Source of the DNA: Eledone cirrhosa
Taxonomy: Eukaryota
NCBI GenBank assembly: GCA_964016885.1
Contig: OZ024744.1
Span: forward strand, 66,588,001 to 66,652,000
Direction: 5' to 3'
Length of the DNA: 64,000 bases
Made by a program: the position numbers and the translations under genes. Positions 38,113-53,400 of this stretch are shown piece after piece; the stretch's first letter is position 1, and every line of letters begins with the position of its first letter. The notes under the pieces are model-generated. The model was not told the DNA's origin, made no database searches, and was given only the letters and a program-made list of their open reading frames with translations.

Positions 38113-40274
38113 AACTATGTAAAGATTCATAGCTATCAACAGACCCTAGAGGTCTACAGAGATACAGAGAGATCGGAGCCCTACTACTACAGACCCACTA
38201 TTTGAAAGATACATCGTGGTCTACAATCAATTACAGACCATTACTCTCTCTCACTCACTATGGTCTCAGAACTACTAACACGGACTCCAACAACAACAAC
38301 AACATTATCTGTTCGCTCTCTGTTTTCACACCAACAACAGTCAACTACTACAGACTACAACATCCCCATGAACCAAATACAAAAATATCGTTGTCTACCT
38401 TCTCAACTCTGGGTAACTGTTTTATTATACTTTTTAATTGATTCACGTGAAGTAAACCATATATAAACTAAAATCATTTATTCTTATTATTCTTGTTATT
38501 AAATCTAATAACCATGTTAATCCATTTAACAATTTCTTATTTTTACCTTTCATTAAATTGGTGACCTGACGTTAAAAAAAAGAAAATTAAAAATAATACG
38601 AAGTGGTATTTAAAAAAAAAGAGGACCACGCAGCGTTTTGATCTGATCATGGCTTCTATTGCCAATATCAACAACTTTCTCTTACCAAGCTTCTCATCTA
38701 TATTCTACGATATGATAAAACTTCACTTTTTCAAATTATTCACCAAACTACCATTCAACGAAATATTTACAGTGACTTCGCTTTTATGTTTCGATTAATT
38801 ACCAAACACTTCACCACTTGCTTCGTAATCTCCAACAACAACAGATAATACTACTAGCTTCCTTGCAAGAAAACTATAACATAAAGAAGAGAGAACTGAA
38901 TTTTTAGTAAAGAACAATTATATAAATTTTTTTTTTAAATTTTATTTTTTTTACAGGCTGTATATGAATGTCATTTTTTATTTATTTGTATTCGTTTTAC
39001 TGTATTATATGCCTGTATGAATAACACACATCATTTTCTTTGTCACACACCAACATGTTTTTGTCTATGGTATATTCTGGATTCGGTTGGGTCTCTGCGG
39101 GATCACTTTTCAACTGGTCAAGGTACGGCAAAAGCTATTAAACACATGATAATCAACCCACGGTTACTACTCGCTCGACTCACTGAGAACGCAACTCAAA
39201 ATTGCTCACACTCATGTCATAGCTTAAACCTCGACTCACTGGAAAAGAATCTTACGTATTCGAGAGAAATAGTCCATATTGTAATCCGATACCGTAACCC
39301 CAACGTCCATCCATCCATACACAACAGTTCGAAATTCATGATCACAACTTTGTATTTTTACAGTTTCTTCTAAATGTTACACACACACATGCATACACAG
39401 TTATACTATCTTTTTTTTCTCTCTCCAAATTTCTCTACACTCAAAGTGCGGGCGCAGCACCCACATTTTGTGTGTTTTGGGACACGCTTCTAGGAATCAG
39501 ATTTCGCTACCCCTTTTATAATCGATCGCTGCTCCTGCATCGATCTGGTAGGGAACTAATGTAGCAAAGTCTGTCCGCGCCTTGAACCTTGGGTGACACC
39601 TAAAGGTCAAATTCTAGGTCACCACCATTTTGGTGTGAACAAGATGATGCGTTGGCTATCCCCTCAAGGTGGGAGACAGGAAGCCACAGGTATATAAAGC
39701 CTTTATCATCCCACGTTTACACAGAGCCATCGGAGCACGCCACTACAGAACAAGCTATGTGAAAGATTCACCACTATCAACAGACCCTAGTGGTCTACAG
39801 AAAGACAGATAGATCGGAGCTCTACGATACACAACAAACTATGTAAAGATTCATAGCTATCAACAGACCCTAGAGGTCTACAGAGATACAGAGAGATCGG
39901 AGCCCTACTACTACAGACCCACTATTTGAAAGATACACCGTGGTCTACAATCAATTACAGACCATTACTCACTATGGTCTCAGAATTACTAACACGGACT
40001 CCAACAACAACAACAACATTATCTGTTCGCTCTCTGTTTTCACACCAACAACAACAGTCAACTACTACAGACTACAACATCCCCATGAACCAAATACAAA
40101 AATATCATTGTCTACCTTCTCAACTCTGGGTAACTGTTTTATTATACTTTTTAATTGATTCACGTGAAGTAAACCATATATAAACTAAAATCATTTATTC
40201 TTATTATTCTTGTTATTAAATCTAATAACCATGTTAATCCATTTAACAACTTCTTATTTTTACCCTTCGTTAAA
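38111..40274 (+). mobile_element. Non-autonomous LTR retroelement (5' LTR truncated 38111-38557; 3' LTR 39560-40274)
   Basis: About 440-bp direct repeat; PBS tggtgacctgacgt at 38559 (tRNA-Trp-like); purine tract ggtagggaa before TGTAGC; TATA-like ggtatataaa in the LTR; about 1 kb internal region without pol. Confidence 0.8.
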
Positions 40275-40344
40275 TATGTATGTTATGTATGTGTGTATGT
40301 CATGTATGTATGTATGTACGTATGTATGCATATATATATATATA

Positions 40345-41136
40345 CAATATATTAACAAATTGAAACTATATTTATAAAACCATATTTATTTCATTATACA
40401 TATTTCAAGGGCCACCAAAGCAAACTATGGTGCGCTTTCATCAGATAAAATATAATATAGGTTAGTTTTATAAATAAATATTGACATACCCATAAAAAAT
40501 GCAACCATTCTGGTTGGAATCTCCTTGAAATATATATGTATAATGAAATAAATATGATTTTATAAATATAGTTTCCATTTGTTAATATATTGTATATTTA
40601 CTCCAATAATTTGTTGAGTGCTTTATATCAGTTATAAAAATATTTTGCTTGTTGCATCCCAACAAATTAAATATAACCTCTCTCTCTATATATATGTATG
40701 AGTTGTGATTTATGACAGAAGCTAGAGACCTAGAGACCAACGTTTTGGTCGGGGCCTTTCGTCGGATGCAAAATCAATCTAACAACTTCTAACAGCAGAC
40801 AGTCAAATCGTTATGTACCACTTTCTTGGGCATATGTGTTTTTATACATACATAAAAATATATGCACACACACACGCATGCACGCACGACACACACATTT
40901 ATAAATAAATATTGACATACCCTTAAAAATGCAACCATTCTGGTTGGAATCTCCACTATCCAGGAGATTCCAACCAGAATGGTTGCATTTTTTAAGGGTA
41001 TGTCAATATTTATTTATAAAACTAACCTATATTATATTATTATCTGATGAAAGCGCACCATAGTTTGCTCTGGTGGCCCTTGAAATATGTATAATGAAAT
41101 AAATATGCTTTTATAAATATAGTTTCCATTTGTTAA

Positions 41137-41141
<5 letters not shown>
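40345..41141. mobile_element. Two fold-back PLE-type insertions of family D (40345-40678 and 40897-41141)
   Basis: Inverted arms; hammerheads at 40387-40452 (-) and 41036-41101 (+); third copy 61232-61413. Confidence 0.8.
40387..40452 (-). ncRNA. Type I hammerhead motif (family D)
   Basis: tattttat-CTGATGA-aag cg cacca..tggtg gccctt-GAAA-ta tg ta-TA-atgaaata; 8-bp stem I, AUA site. Confidence 0.75.
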
Positions 41142-41235
<94 letters not shown>

Positions 41236-41277
41236 TAATATATATATAATATATATATATAATATATATATAATATA

Positions 41278-41336
<59 letters not shown>

Positions 41337-41339
<3 letters not shown>

Positions 41340-42803
41340 TAAAATAACAGATTAAAGTTTAAGCAAAGAATCGCTGCTTTCACCCTTAAAGGGATCTTCT
41401 GAAACTAACAAAGTCAATCTGTAAACGCAGAACTGGATATTTCAAAAAACGTTGCAACCGGAGGAAGACAGGAAGACGATACTTTGGTTCGTGGTAACGT
41501 TCGCTGGCAAAGAACGGGAAAAACGAATAATACGTCATTAATAGGAGCGGTGAAAAACAATTACGCGCAAAGACAAAACCACGTTTATGGTATAAAAGAA
41601 GTCGTAGACTAATGTTCTCTTAGGTGGTGCATAGAGACGTTCTCTGGCAATGAACGAAAAAACGAAGATAATAAGTCATATGTGTAGCGTGGAGAACAAT
41701 AGCGCGCAAAGACAAAACCACGTAAATGGTATAGCAGAAATCGTAGACTAAAATTCTAGCTAGGAGACCAAATGAATCTCCGCTACAGAGTTAAGAACAA
41801 AGTAAATAAATACAATACAGAAGTAATAGGAACAAATAAATACATACACGCAAACAGATACGTACATACACAAGCATACTCAAAACCTTACCATGGGTAT
41901 ACAAAACCACGCACATATAAATATGTGTGTGTGTGTATGCTTCTGTACAAATAAATAAATAATTATATAAACGTATATAAGTAAATAAATACGTATATAA
42001 CAAGCGACACGCATACCTACATATAAATACACGAATGTTCGGAGACGTAAGTCAACTAAGACAAGAAGTACACATATACACACACCCACCATACGTACGA
42101 ACCTGCACACTCACGCGGACGCAAAACTCCCGTATACACATAGCCAAACCCTAAATACCAGAATATGTAAAAAGTATACGCTATAACAGTCAAATATACG
42201 TACGAGAAGGTATACATACCTTCACAAAACATACGGGTAATATATACTTACCTATGCAAATACGTAAAGGAATAAACAAAACATATACTTAGCTCCCACA
42301 TCAAGACGTAAAATATCCACGTATAGATCGTGCTATCCGTTAGGGTATAACGTGGGGCTGTAATACAGGAAAGTTTTGTGCAATTTATGTTTACAAGCCG
42401 AAATTGCCTCAGATTTTTTGTTTAAGATGTGGTCTGCGGCGTAGAGTATTTCCAGGGCCTCAGCGGCGCAGAGGTCACATGGTCTTTTATTTCCGTTATA
42501 CGATCTAGCCCTAGCTAGGATCTCCCAGTGTAACTTATATTGGGTGTGGTTGTCTTTTAGACTCCAGATATAAGCTGAAAGTGACGTCATATTCCTTCTT
42601 AGAGGGTAACGAAAAGAATGGGTATGCATGTAAAGACGCTGCTTGAAACTATTGGCGGTTAACCCTATGTAGGCCCTAGCGATTCTTTGCTTAAACTTTA
42701 ATCTGTTATTTTAATAAATATTTGCTCTACGGTTCTTATATATTTGATATATATTTTCCTTATCGAGCCCTCTTTGGATTTTAGTCTTCAATTTTATTAT
42801 TAT

Positions 42804-42808
<5 letters not shown>
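41337..42808 (-). mobile_element. PLE family A copy with inverted 3' end at 42678-42808
   Basis: Minus arm reaches the YIG motif, then flips to a plus-strand tail; (TA)n flanks. Confidence 0.9.
42333..42678 (-). pseudogene. GIY-YIG endonuclease C-terminal half of PLE family A (possibly Naiad-like)
   Basis: YIGLTANSFKQRLYMHTHSF..TSLSAYIWSLK..CDLC..E..LNKKSE..CKH. Confidence 0.85.
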
Positions 42809-42865
<57 letters not shown>

Positions 42866-42868
42866 TAT

Positions 42869-43822
<954 letters not shown>

Positions 43823-43826
<4 letters not shown>

Positions 43827-44016
43827 GGAACCAGTAAGACCCCGACAGCTGAGCTCAAGCCGTTTCGACGGCTAATTCTCTTTGAATTAGCCGTCGAAAC
43901 GGCTTGAGCTCAGCTGTCGGGGTCTTACTGGTTCCTATTATCCACTCTACTACCTCAAGTATTGAGTACTTTGGTGCGTTATGGTCCACCTGGTTCCTTA
44001 CCACATTTCCTTCGTT
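43823..44016. mobile_element. Fold-back PLE-type end, family J (3' half of a hammerhead on each arm)
   Basis: Inverted arms centred near 43887; GAAA-cggct..agctg-TC; related to 62975-63171. Confidence 0.75.
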
Positions 44017-44582
44017 ATATATATATATATATATATATATGCTATTTTGCTGAACTCTTACATTTGTAGAGTTTTTTCGGAATGTTTTTTGACTGCTGTT
44101 TCCTGTAAACAGACATTCGTCTCATTCTGACGTCACCAGCCATGTCTCTCCATGTGTGTTTATTTTCCTAATTACGCATGATGTGAACTAGCCTGCTTTT
44201 AAATTCACTTTTTGGCATATTCTAAACAGTGGTTCTAGGGTTATCGTGTTTTGAGCTCTGCTGACGATCGACTCCAACCGTGGCCATCCCCACTGAAAGT
44301 TTCGTGAAATAGTCTTTTTAAGATTATACAGAACATTTGTAGTTTTTCCAAATTGAAGGATGAGTATTTAAACTTTATTTTATTCTGAGTTAAGGCTCTA
44401 TTAATTTTTCCCTGGATTTCACAAAATTCTGTGGATAAATCTGTCTTGATTTTTTTAAAATTGATTTTGAATTATTTTCCCACATCTTACGTTAACTATT
44501 TTTCCATTTTGACGTTATAGTCACTTATATATTATGAAATACTGTTGGCTTCATGCTCACAATTTCTATACTTTCATTTATA

Positions 44583-44686
<104 letters not shown>

Positions 44687-44988
44687 AATATTTTCGAAAC
44701 AGCGAGCGGGTTTGAAATTATTATAAATCTAAGCTATCGCCGTATTTTGACTAAAGAAATTATTTAGTCTGATAGTGGAAAAAGACGGGTGATGTGTTGG
44801 TGTAAATGGTAGCACAGTGGTCTGGATAACCAAAGATGTGGGGCGACTCCCATGTACGTCAATACTCATCTTTTTCCATTTTCCCCGAGGGTTCTTAACC
44901 CCACTATCAGGCTAAATAATTTCTTTAATTTCTTTAGTCAAAATACGGCAATAGCTTACATTTATAATAACATATATATATATACATA

Positions 44989-45214
44989 CAGTGTACGTCT
45001 GGCATTCGCGATCCCTGTTATTCGCGGAATTTTATTTAGAACCTAACTAATAATTATTTGTGGAAACCACTGCTTATTCGCGGAATCGTAAATATTTTAC
45101 GTTATGTTTTGACCTTTATAGGCATTTTTATGGACCACGTCCAGTATTCACGTTTTTTTTACTCTTCGCGGGTGCTCTAGGAACGCAAGCCCCGCGAATA
45201 CCGGAGGAAAACTG
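44989..45214. mobile_element. Decayed Tc1/mariner-pogo type MITE
   Basis: TA|cagt..ctggcattcgcg and cgcgaataccgg..actg termini. Confidence 0.55.
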
Positions 45215-45308
45215 CATATGATTTCTCCTGAATGAAACAGTTCTAGTCCTGTAGAAGCCTTTTCTATATTAAATATTTATACTCTGCTTTGTATTAAACT
45301 TATATATA

Positions 45309-45858
45309 CTAGCAGAATGGCTCGGCGTTGCCCGAGATTTGCTCTAGGGTTCATATATATTTATCCTTAACGAACCTCGTGAAATAAATACGTTTGTTTA
45401 TATTTTGTTATTGTGTATGCAAAAATATCTGTACACTAATATATAATTATATATATATATATATATATAATAAATCAAGAAATAAGAGTGACATGGTTTG
45501 CTATACAATACCGGCTTTCTCTGAACTGGTAGGTCTAGAGATCGCTTCCCGCCTGTTTTTGCGTCAATCAATCACCAATACTTTGTTATAACCAGTCTAT
45601 TCATCACAGCATGCATCAGAGAAACAATTGTCAGCAATGTGAATAAAGCCCTTATTCTATAGCAAACCATGTCACTCTTCTTTCTTGATTTATTATTACT
45701 CCAAGTGTAAACTACATAGAAATCACCGCGTACTCGCAGCATCACTATGGAAACCTCTTGCTGAGTCAAACTTAGCCAAGCGTTAGTACTATCCACTACT
45801 CGAAGTACCCTAACTCGACTACATCTAAGTAGACTACCTATAACAATAATTTGTTATC

Positions 45859-45941
<83 letters not shown>

Positions 45942-46052
45942 TAACAGATTAAAGTTTAAGCAAAGAATCGCTGCTTTCACCCTTAACGGGATCTTCTGAA
46001 ACTAAATAAATCAATATTTGAACGCAGAAGTAAATATTTCGAAAAATGTTAC

Positions 46053-46115
<63 letters not shown>

Positions 46116-46378
46116 GCACACACACACACACTATATATACATACACACACACACACACATGTAGCGACGTCATAATGTCGTAATACAGACAGTCAGACAT
46201 ACAGACAGATATTATAAGGGCGCGATGTTCCGGCGCCTAATGCGGTCCCTAGGGCATTGGAAATTTGAATTATTTTTTGCTCACTCGACCATAAGTATTA
46301 CATGTGTACAGTTTGAAAAAAATCGGTTGGGTGGTTCTCGAGTTTTAGGGAGTTAGACAGATAGACAGACATTCTCTG

Positions 46379-46382
<4 letters not shown>
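45309..46382 (-). mobile_element. Non-autonomous Helitron-like element with nested insertions
   Basis: Minus-strand hairpin ctcgggcaacgccgag then CTAG at about 45309; (GTCT)-rich 5' end near 46355-46382; nested family A piece 45935-46052. Confidence 0.5.
45468..45695. mobile_element. MITE with about 50-bp imperfect TIRs
   Basis: taataaatcaagaaa..agagtgacatggtttgctata and its reverse complement. Confidence 0.7.
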
Positions 46383-46424
<42 letters not shown>

Positions 46425-46427
46425 ATA

Positions 46428-46616
46428 ATAATTGTTTCTACTTTAGGCACAAGGCCAGCAATTACCCAGTGCATTACTGGTACTTTAATTTATCGACCCC
46501 GTAAGGATGAAAGGCAAAGTCAACCTCGGCCGGATTTGAACTCAGATCGTAAAGGGACGTAACTATGCTGGAAAGCATGGCGTCCGACCCTCTACCGATA
46601 CTGCCAATCCACCGCC
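46428..46616 (-). mobile_element. tRNA-derived SINE, full length
   Basis: Near reverse complement of 57015-57205. Confidence 0.9.
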
Positions 46617-46684
46617 ATATATATAGTAATAATAATAAATTTGAAAGCAGCGATTCTTTGCTTAAACTTTAATCTGTTATTTTA

Positions 46685-46781
<97 letters not shown>

Positions 46782-46940
46782 TAATCTTATTTTTGTTGTC
46801 ACAGACCACCAGCCTGCCGATTCTTGTGACTTTCTTCTTTTCTCCCATCGCACTCATCACTTTCTGCCACTCGTCAAATTTAGTCTTTTACTTGTCCCAC
46901 ATACCCCACCGACTCTCTATCTTTACCGCTTGGTTTCTGT

Positions 46941-46975
<35 letters not shown>

Positions 46976-47352
46976 CTATCTATCTCTCTCTCTCCCCCTC
47001 CCTCCCTCTCTCCCCCTCCTCTCTCTCTCCTCTCTCTCTCTATATATATATACAGTTTGCAAGATTTAGCATTCTGGAGCCACTTTTCACTGTATATAAG
47101 GCACACAATTTACCCATCTCATTACAGTTGAAAATTGCAAACTTGACTGTCACCACACATTATCAACCTGAAGATTGCGAAAGCATGAAAGTACTTGTTC
47201 AATTAACACTTAACATTTAATATTCTACCATACTATTTCATTCTAATACCATTATAATTTTAAAGGATTGTAAATAAAACGAGTAAATCAGACAAAGTTG
47301 GAATTCCTTTTATTAATATAATCTTCTATACACAATCATACACACCAGTGTA

Positions 47353-47381
<29 letters not shown>

Positions 47382-47389
<8 letters not shown>

Positions 47390-48072
47390 CGTAAAATAAA
47401 AAAATTATAAAATTAACTTACTTACTAAAATTTCACTCCAACTAATTAGTTTCTGAAAGGGAATAAACATAGCAGGGTACTTATACAAAAATAATTCAGT
47501 GGATGGAAAAAAGCAAAGCGTGGACTAAATTCCAAGCCATTGAAAAAATCACTGCCTACTGCGTCGGTGGCAAATTCAAAAGAATCAGTCACGTGACATC
47601 GAGGTCAATCAGTGAAGAGTGGTTTGTTAAGAAGACAGCAGCCGGACCGTTACTATAATAGCAGTTTTGGCCAATTTTTGCTCGACAAAATAATTTGGAG
47701 ATAATTATAAAGAATTAATTTATCTAGTAACATATATATACACAGATGCATACTTATGCTAGCAAATATATAGGTTTTGTCTTAGTAACTTTGTGGTTCA
47801 ATGCATGGGGATGCAGAACAATAATATGAGAGACGTAAAATAAGAAAATTATAAAATTAACTTACTTACTAACATTTCACTCCAACTAATTAGTTTCTGA
47901 AAGGGAATAAACATAGTTTCCGAAGAAACGTACGGAGAAGCCTTTCGTCATCAGGGAAGTCTATTCTCAGCTAAGTTTCCAGGCAATACGTGGACACAGG
48001 GAACTTATACAAAAATAATTCAGTGGATGGAAAAAAGCAAAGCGTGGACTAAATTCCAAGCCATTGAAAAAA
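47382..48072 (-). mobile_element. ORF-less partial-tandem element, family E, in (TA)n
   Basis: Direct repeat starting 47382 and 47826; first copy lacks the 80 nt at 47917-47996. Confidence 0.75.
47879..47960 (-). ncRNA. Type I hammerhead with extended stem II (family E)
   Basis: acttcc-CTGATGA-c gaaagg..cctttc a-GAAA-ctaattag-TT-ggagt. Confidence 0.6.
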
Positions 48073-48259
48073 TATATATATATAAATAAATAAATACATT
48101 ATCGGAGAAAGCTTTTAGCGATACTCCGGCCAAATCCCAACTCACTCAGCAAACATTAGGAAATAAGTGAGTATATTCCTAATTAAACATTTGGGGTGCT
48201 AACTAATTGTATTGAGTGGAAAATTGGCTGTATTATTTCATATGAGATATATCATATAT

Positions 48260-49097
48260 AGTAATAATAATAAATTTGAAGACTAAAATCCAAAGAGGGC
48301 TCGATAGGGATAAATATATATCAAATATATAAGAACCCTAGAGCAAATATTTATTAAAATAACAGATTAAAGTTTAAGCAAAGAATCGCTGCTTTCACCC
48401 TTAACGAGATCTTCTGAAACTAAAAAAAGGAATCTGTGAACGCAGAAGTAAATATTTCGAAAAACGTTGCAACCGAAGGAAAACAGGAAGACGATACTTT
48501 GGTTCGTGGAGACGTTCCCTGGCAATGAACGGAAAAAAGCAAATATCTTACATCATTATTTGGAGCAGTAATGCACTGGGTAATTGCTGGCCTTGTGCCT
48601 AAAGTAGAAACAATTATTTGGAGCAGTGAGAACAATTACACGCAAAGAAAAAACAAGGTCTATGGTATAAATGGAGTCGTAGACTAATATTCTATCTAGG
48701 TGGTTCGTGGAGACGTTCGCTGGCAATGAACGGGAAAAAAGCGAAGATAATACGTCATTATGTGGAGCGGTGAGAACAATTACACGCAAAGACAAAACCA
48801 CGTTTATGCTATAAATGAAGTCGTAGACTAAAATTTTATTTAGGAAACCGAATGATTCTCGGCTTCAGAGTTAAGAAAACTGTAAATAAATTACAGAGGC
48901 TATTGAAATCAACAATAATTAAATATATACATACACGCATCCATATACGTACATACACATGCATACGCGAAAATACCCGCCATGGTATGCATATACAAGG
49001 ACGTACACAAAAACACGCGCACACATACAAAAACCCGCGCAACATATGTACCCGCACACATACGAACGTATACACCAAATACACACACAAAAAAAAA

Positions 49098-49183
<86 letters not shown>

Positions 49184-49789
49184 ATATAATTATATAAACG
49201 TATATAAATATACACACATAAATACGAATATAACGCACACATATACCTACATGTAAATACACATATGTTCGCTAAACGTACGTCAACCAAAACACAAAGT
49301 ACACATATACACACCCTACATACGTGCAAACCTCCATGCACACGCAAACGCAAAATACACGTATACACATAACCATATACACATGTACCAGTATATATAA
49401 TATAATATATACACCTATAACAAACATAAGCAAATATACGCACGAGAAAGTATACGTACCTTCACAGAACATACAGGTAATATATACTTACCTATACAAA
49501 TAAGTAATGGTATAAACATAACATATACTTAACTACCACATCAAGACGTAAATTATCCGCGTATTGTTCGTACTATCCGTTAGGGTATACTGTGGGGCTG
49601 TAATGCAGGAAAGTTTTATGCAATTTATGTTTACAAGCCGAAATTGCCTTAGATGTTTTGTTTAAGATGTGGTCATTGGCGTAGAGTATTTCCAGGGCTT
49701 CAGCGGCGCAGAGGTCACATGGTCTTTATTTCCGTTATACGATCTAGCCCAAGCAAGGATCTCCCAGTGTAACCTATATTGGGTGTGGT
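48260..49789 (-). mobile_element. PLE family A copy (SINE tail inserted at 48568-48617)
   Basis: Homologous to 14040-15522. Confidence 0.85.
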
Positions 49790-50450
49790 TATCTCTGCTG
49801 ATACATGGGAAAATGTTGCTGCTGATCGTAATAAATGGCGAAAGACTGTATATGAGGGGAAAGTTGCCTACGAGAAAGTAAAACGGGATGTGAGGAAGGG
49901 CATTGCTGTTGCATTTCCAGACGGCGAAGGTCTTCCTATGGCGCTGACATGCAGCATCTGTGCGAGACTCTGCCTAAGCAAAGCTGGACTCGAAAGTCAT
50001 CTTCGCAGTCAAAGTAAGACCAGTGGTTGACTACCAGGCTGCTGTTGGAGATGCTACTCATCATGCTTGCCAAGCATGTGGTAGAGAATGTAAATCAGCA
50101 GGAGGGCTCAAACGACATGCAAAAGTACATGAACTTCAACCACGGCCGGCTATTCCTAGTGAATGTTTTGGTTGCCAACTCTGTGCAAGACATTTCAGAT
50201 CATTGGCTGGGCTAAAAAACCACATTCGATCGCAGCACTGTTAATTGCTATCGTGTGTGTGTAGATATGTTTATGTGTGTGCGTGTGTGTGTATATATAT
50301 TTGTTTATTATTATTGTTGTTGTCCTCATTATTATTGTTGTTGTTGTTGTTATTATTATTATTATTATTACTATTATTGTTATTATTATGGGTTTTTTTC
50401 TCATGCAATGGCCATACTCGATAACGAGGGGGTAGCCATCATGTATGTAT
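49790..50450 (+). mobile_element. RTE-type LINE 3' end with three C2H2 zinc fingers
   Basis: WENVAADRNKWR, then CSIC..GLESH, CQAC..GLKRH...H and CQLC..GLKNH...H across one frameshift; ends in (ATGT)n. Confidence 0.75.
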
Positions 50451-50451
50451 G

Positions 50452-53400
50452 TTCTTCAGGTTTTATAATTTCACAAATGTTTACCAATAGAGAGAGAGAG
50501 TCGGTTTCTAACATAAATACAAGACTCTCTCATTGGAATTTACACATCAAATAGGTAGATTATGTCTGCATGTCTGCATGTGTTGATACGGATGTTATTG
50601 TATGTGGATGTGGATGTTTTGAGTTGTATGTGTGCATGTGTATATGCTTTGTATCTGTACATGTGTATATGCAGTTATTAGATGCACAATTTTTGGAATG
50701 TTTTACATAATTTTACTGTTTCATTAATGGATTGTACTTATAATTTCCTAACTAGTTGTGTACTTTCTGTTCCTGTGAAGCCTAGCTTCTCAAGATTTGT
50801 ATTGAGGCAGTTACTAACATACCCCAGTGCCCCAATAATCACAGGCATAAATCTGAAGGTGTAATCAGGGTGGAGTATCTGCAGATTTCTTATCAGTTCT
50901 GCATAAATATTCTCCTTTTCACTAATCTTTGATATTATATTGGCATCTGCTGAGCAGCTAATTTCCACTAGTGTGCATGCTTTCTTCTCCCTGTCCCATA
51001 TCATAATATCTGGTCTGTTATGCCTGCATTTTATTGGGATTTTGACTGGAACATTCCACCAGTACTCTTTCATATTATGTACATGGATGTCTTCCACATT
51101 GCTGTAGCTTTTAATGTGTTTATTATCGGGGCTATATTTTCTACAGATTGCATTGTACAGTGTTTTGGCCACTACATAATGTCTCATAGGTAGATAGTAT
51201 CGCGATGACATCTTTGGACAGCTGCTGATGGCATGGGTGATATTCTCGATGTTAGTTCTGCAGTGTCTGCACTTGTTATCACATCTAGGTGTGTTGCCTG
51301 CATCCCTATCTCTTTTGTGAATCAGGTATTTCGTGTTAATCTCCTGTTCTTGGATTGCAAAAGCGCATCCTTCAAAGTGGGAGCCAATATAGCGGTTGTT
51401 GGTCCAATATAGACTACTTTCCTTATCTATATTACTCTCACTCTGGAGCTTCCTGGCAACATATCCATGCATGATTTTTTGCTGATAAGTATGTAGTTTT
51501 TCATCCATGGATTCACTGCGATACTGCTGTAGACTTCCCTAGGTGCGAGTTTTTGATTATCACACAGGGAATATCTATCGAGGAGTTCCTTCCCAACTCT
51601 CATGATCTTATCTGTTTCATGCAGATAGACTTGCTTGAGAAACGGGCTCTTACGCTTCGAGGTTCGTAGGTGTTGTCGGAGAGACATGATGCGACATTCA
51701 AATGTTGTCTGGACTGATGTTAGGCCTCTGCCTCTCTGCTTACGTTTCAAGTAAAGGCGGTCTATGTCACTGTTGATGTGGAAGTTTCCGGTGTTGTTTA
51801 GTATTTTTCGAGTTCCAACATCAACTGCTCGGATTTCGTCTATCGTCCAATTGAGTATTCTAAACGTTGGTGTTAGGACAGGCACAGCAAACACATTGTG
51901 AGCCACTGTTTTGTTTTGCGCAGAGAGTTCCGATGACCAGATCTTTCTTAATCGGGTGTAGTATTCCCTGGTTACGCGTTCTTTATTACAGATACCATTA
52001 TAGGATATGTTCTCATCTATCCCCAGTTATCTGTAGCAGTCCTCATCAGATATCGGTGAAACAGTTAGGCCATTGATGACAATGTTGCTAGATTGGGTTG
52101 TTGTTTTTCTCCGCTTTACAGTCATGTATGAGCATTTATCTTGGCCAAACTCCATTCCTATATCCTTTGAGAAAGTTGTAACCAGGTCAAGATTTTTCTT
52201 CACCCCATCCATGTTCTTGGCATAGAGTTTCAGATCGTCCACAAAGAAATTATGGGTTAGGTTCGTATTTCTGTCTTCCTGTGAGCCAATGATGTATCCC
52301 TCACATTTCTTGAGCAGAAAGGACAAGGGGTTTAATGACAAGATGAATAATATCACAGAGAGACTGTCTCCCTGAAATATACCTCTGCAATATTTTATTT
52401 TATCAGTGAAAATAGAGTCCACCCTCTCTGATTTTAACCTTAGGATAGTAGCCCAAGAAGAAGACAGCTTCTCTATGGCTCTGATAATAATGTCTGGGAC
52501 TTTAGCAAGTTGGAGGGCCTCTATCATCCAAGAGTGGGGAACAGAATCGAAAGCTTTCCTGTAGTCCAGCCAGACTGTAGTCATATTCCTCCTAAGTTGT
52601 CGCACCTCCGACATCGCAGTTTTGTTGATTAGGAGTTGTTCAGCACATCCCCCAACATCCCCTTTCTTTCCAGCTGTGATGATGTTATTATTTTCTTTTC
52701 ATCCCCTTTTCATTCCCTTTCTTTTCATCTGTGATGATGTTATTATTTTCACAGTGATCTTGGAGGAATAGGTTCAGGCAGGCTGTATACATCTTATACA
52801 TCAGGTTCTGGCATGCAATGGGTCGGTAGTTTTTTGCCAAGTGGGTGTCTTTGTTCTTGGGGACCAGTAATATTTGTGCTAATGTCAACCATTCTGGTAT
52901 AAGTGTATCTCCCTTAAGACCTTGTTGGTAGAGGTCAGAATATCATTTTTTTGTACCAGTAGCCGACAATCATGTCTCTTCATTGTGTTTTCTTATCTTG
53001 GAGTTTTCCTATCACAGTCTCAAGGGTACCCTCACTTATTTCGTATGTTTTTGTTGTAGTGTAGGAGCAATAGTTCTTTGGGATTTCTCTTAGCCACACT
53101 GCATCTTGGTTGAAATTCTACTTTTCACCCCATATTTTGCTCCGAAAGGAATCTATGTCTTTCTGGGATGGGGCCTCAGTGACACTTATTATTTTGTTCT
53201 TCATATCTCTATAGACTGATGTTTGGTTTCGTCTGAATCTTTTATTAAGCACTTTTCTTTCATCTACTTTCTTCAGGTATCGGCGTTTTTCGCTAACAGC
53301 TCTCAATTCTTGTTTGAGGGTGATCAGCTTATATTGGAGAGTTCTGGTTCTACTGTTACCAAACATCGTCTCTATTTTATTTTTCACTCTTTGTTGGTGA

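Noticed and set aside
49930-50244. Host C2H2 zinc-finger gene exon
   Set aside because: No TGEKP linkers; directly continues an RTE C-terminal motif and is followed by a LINE-type tail
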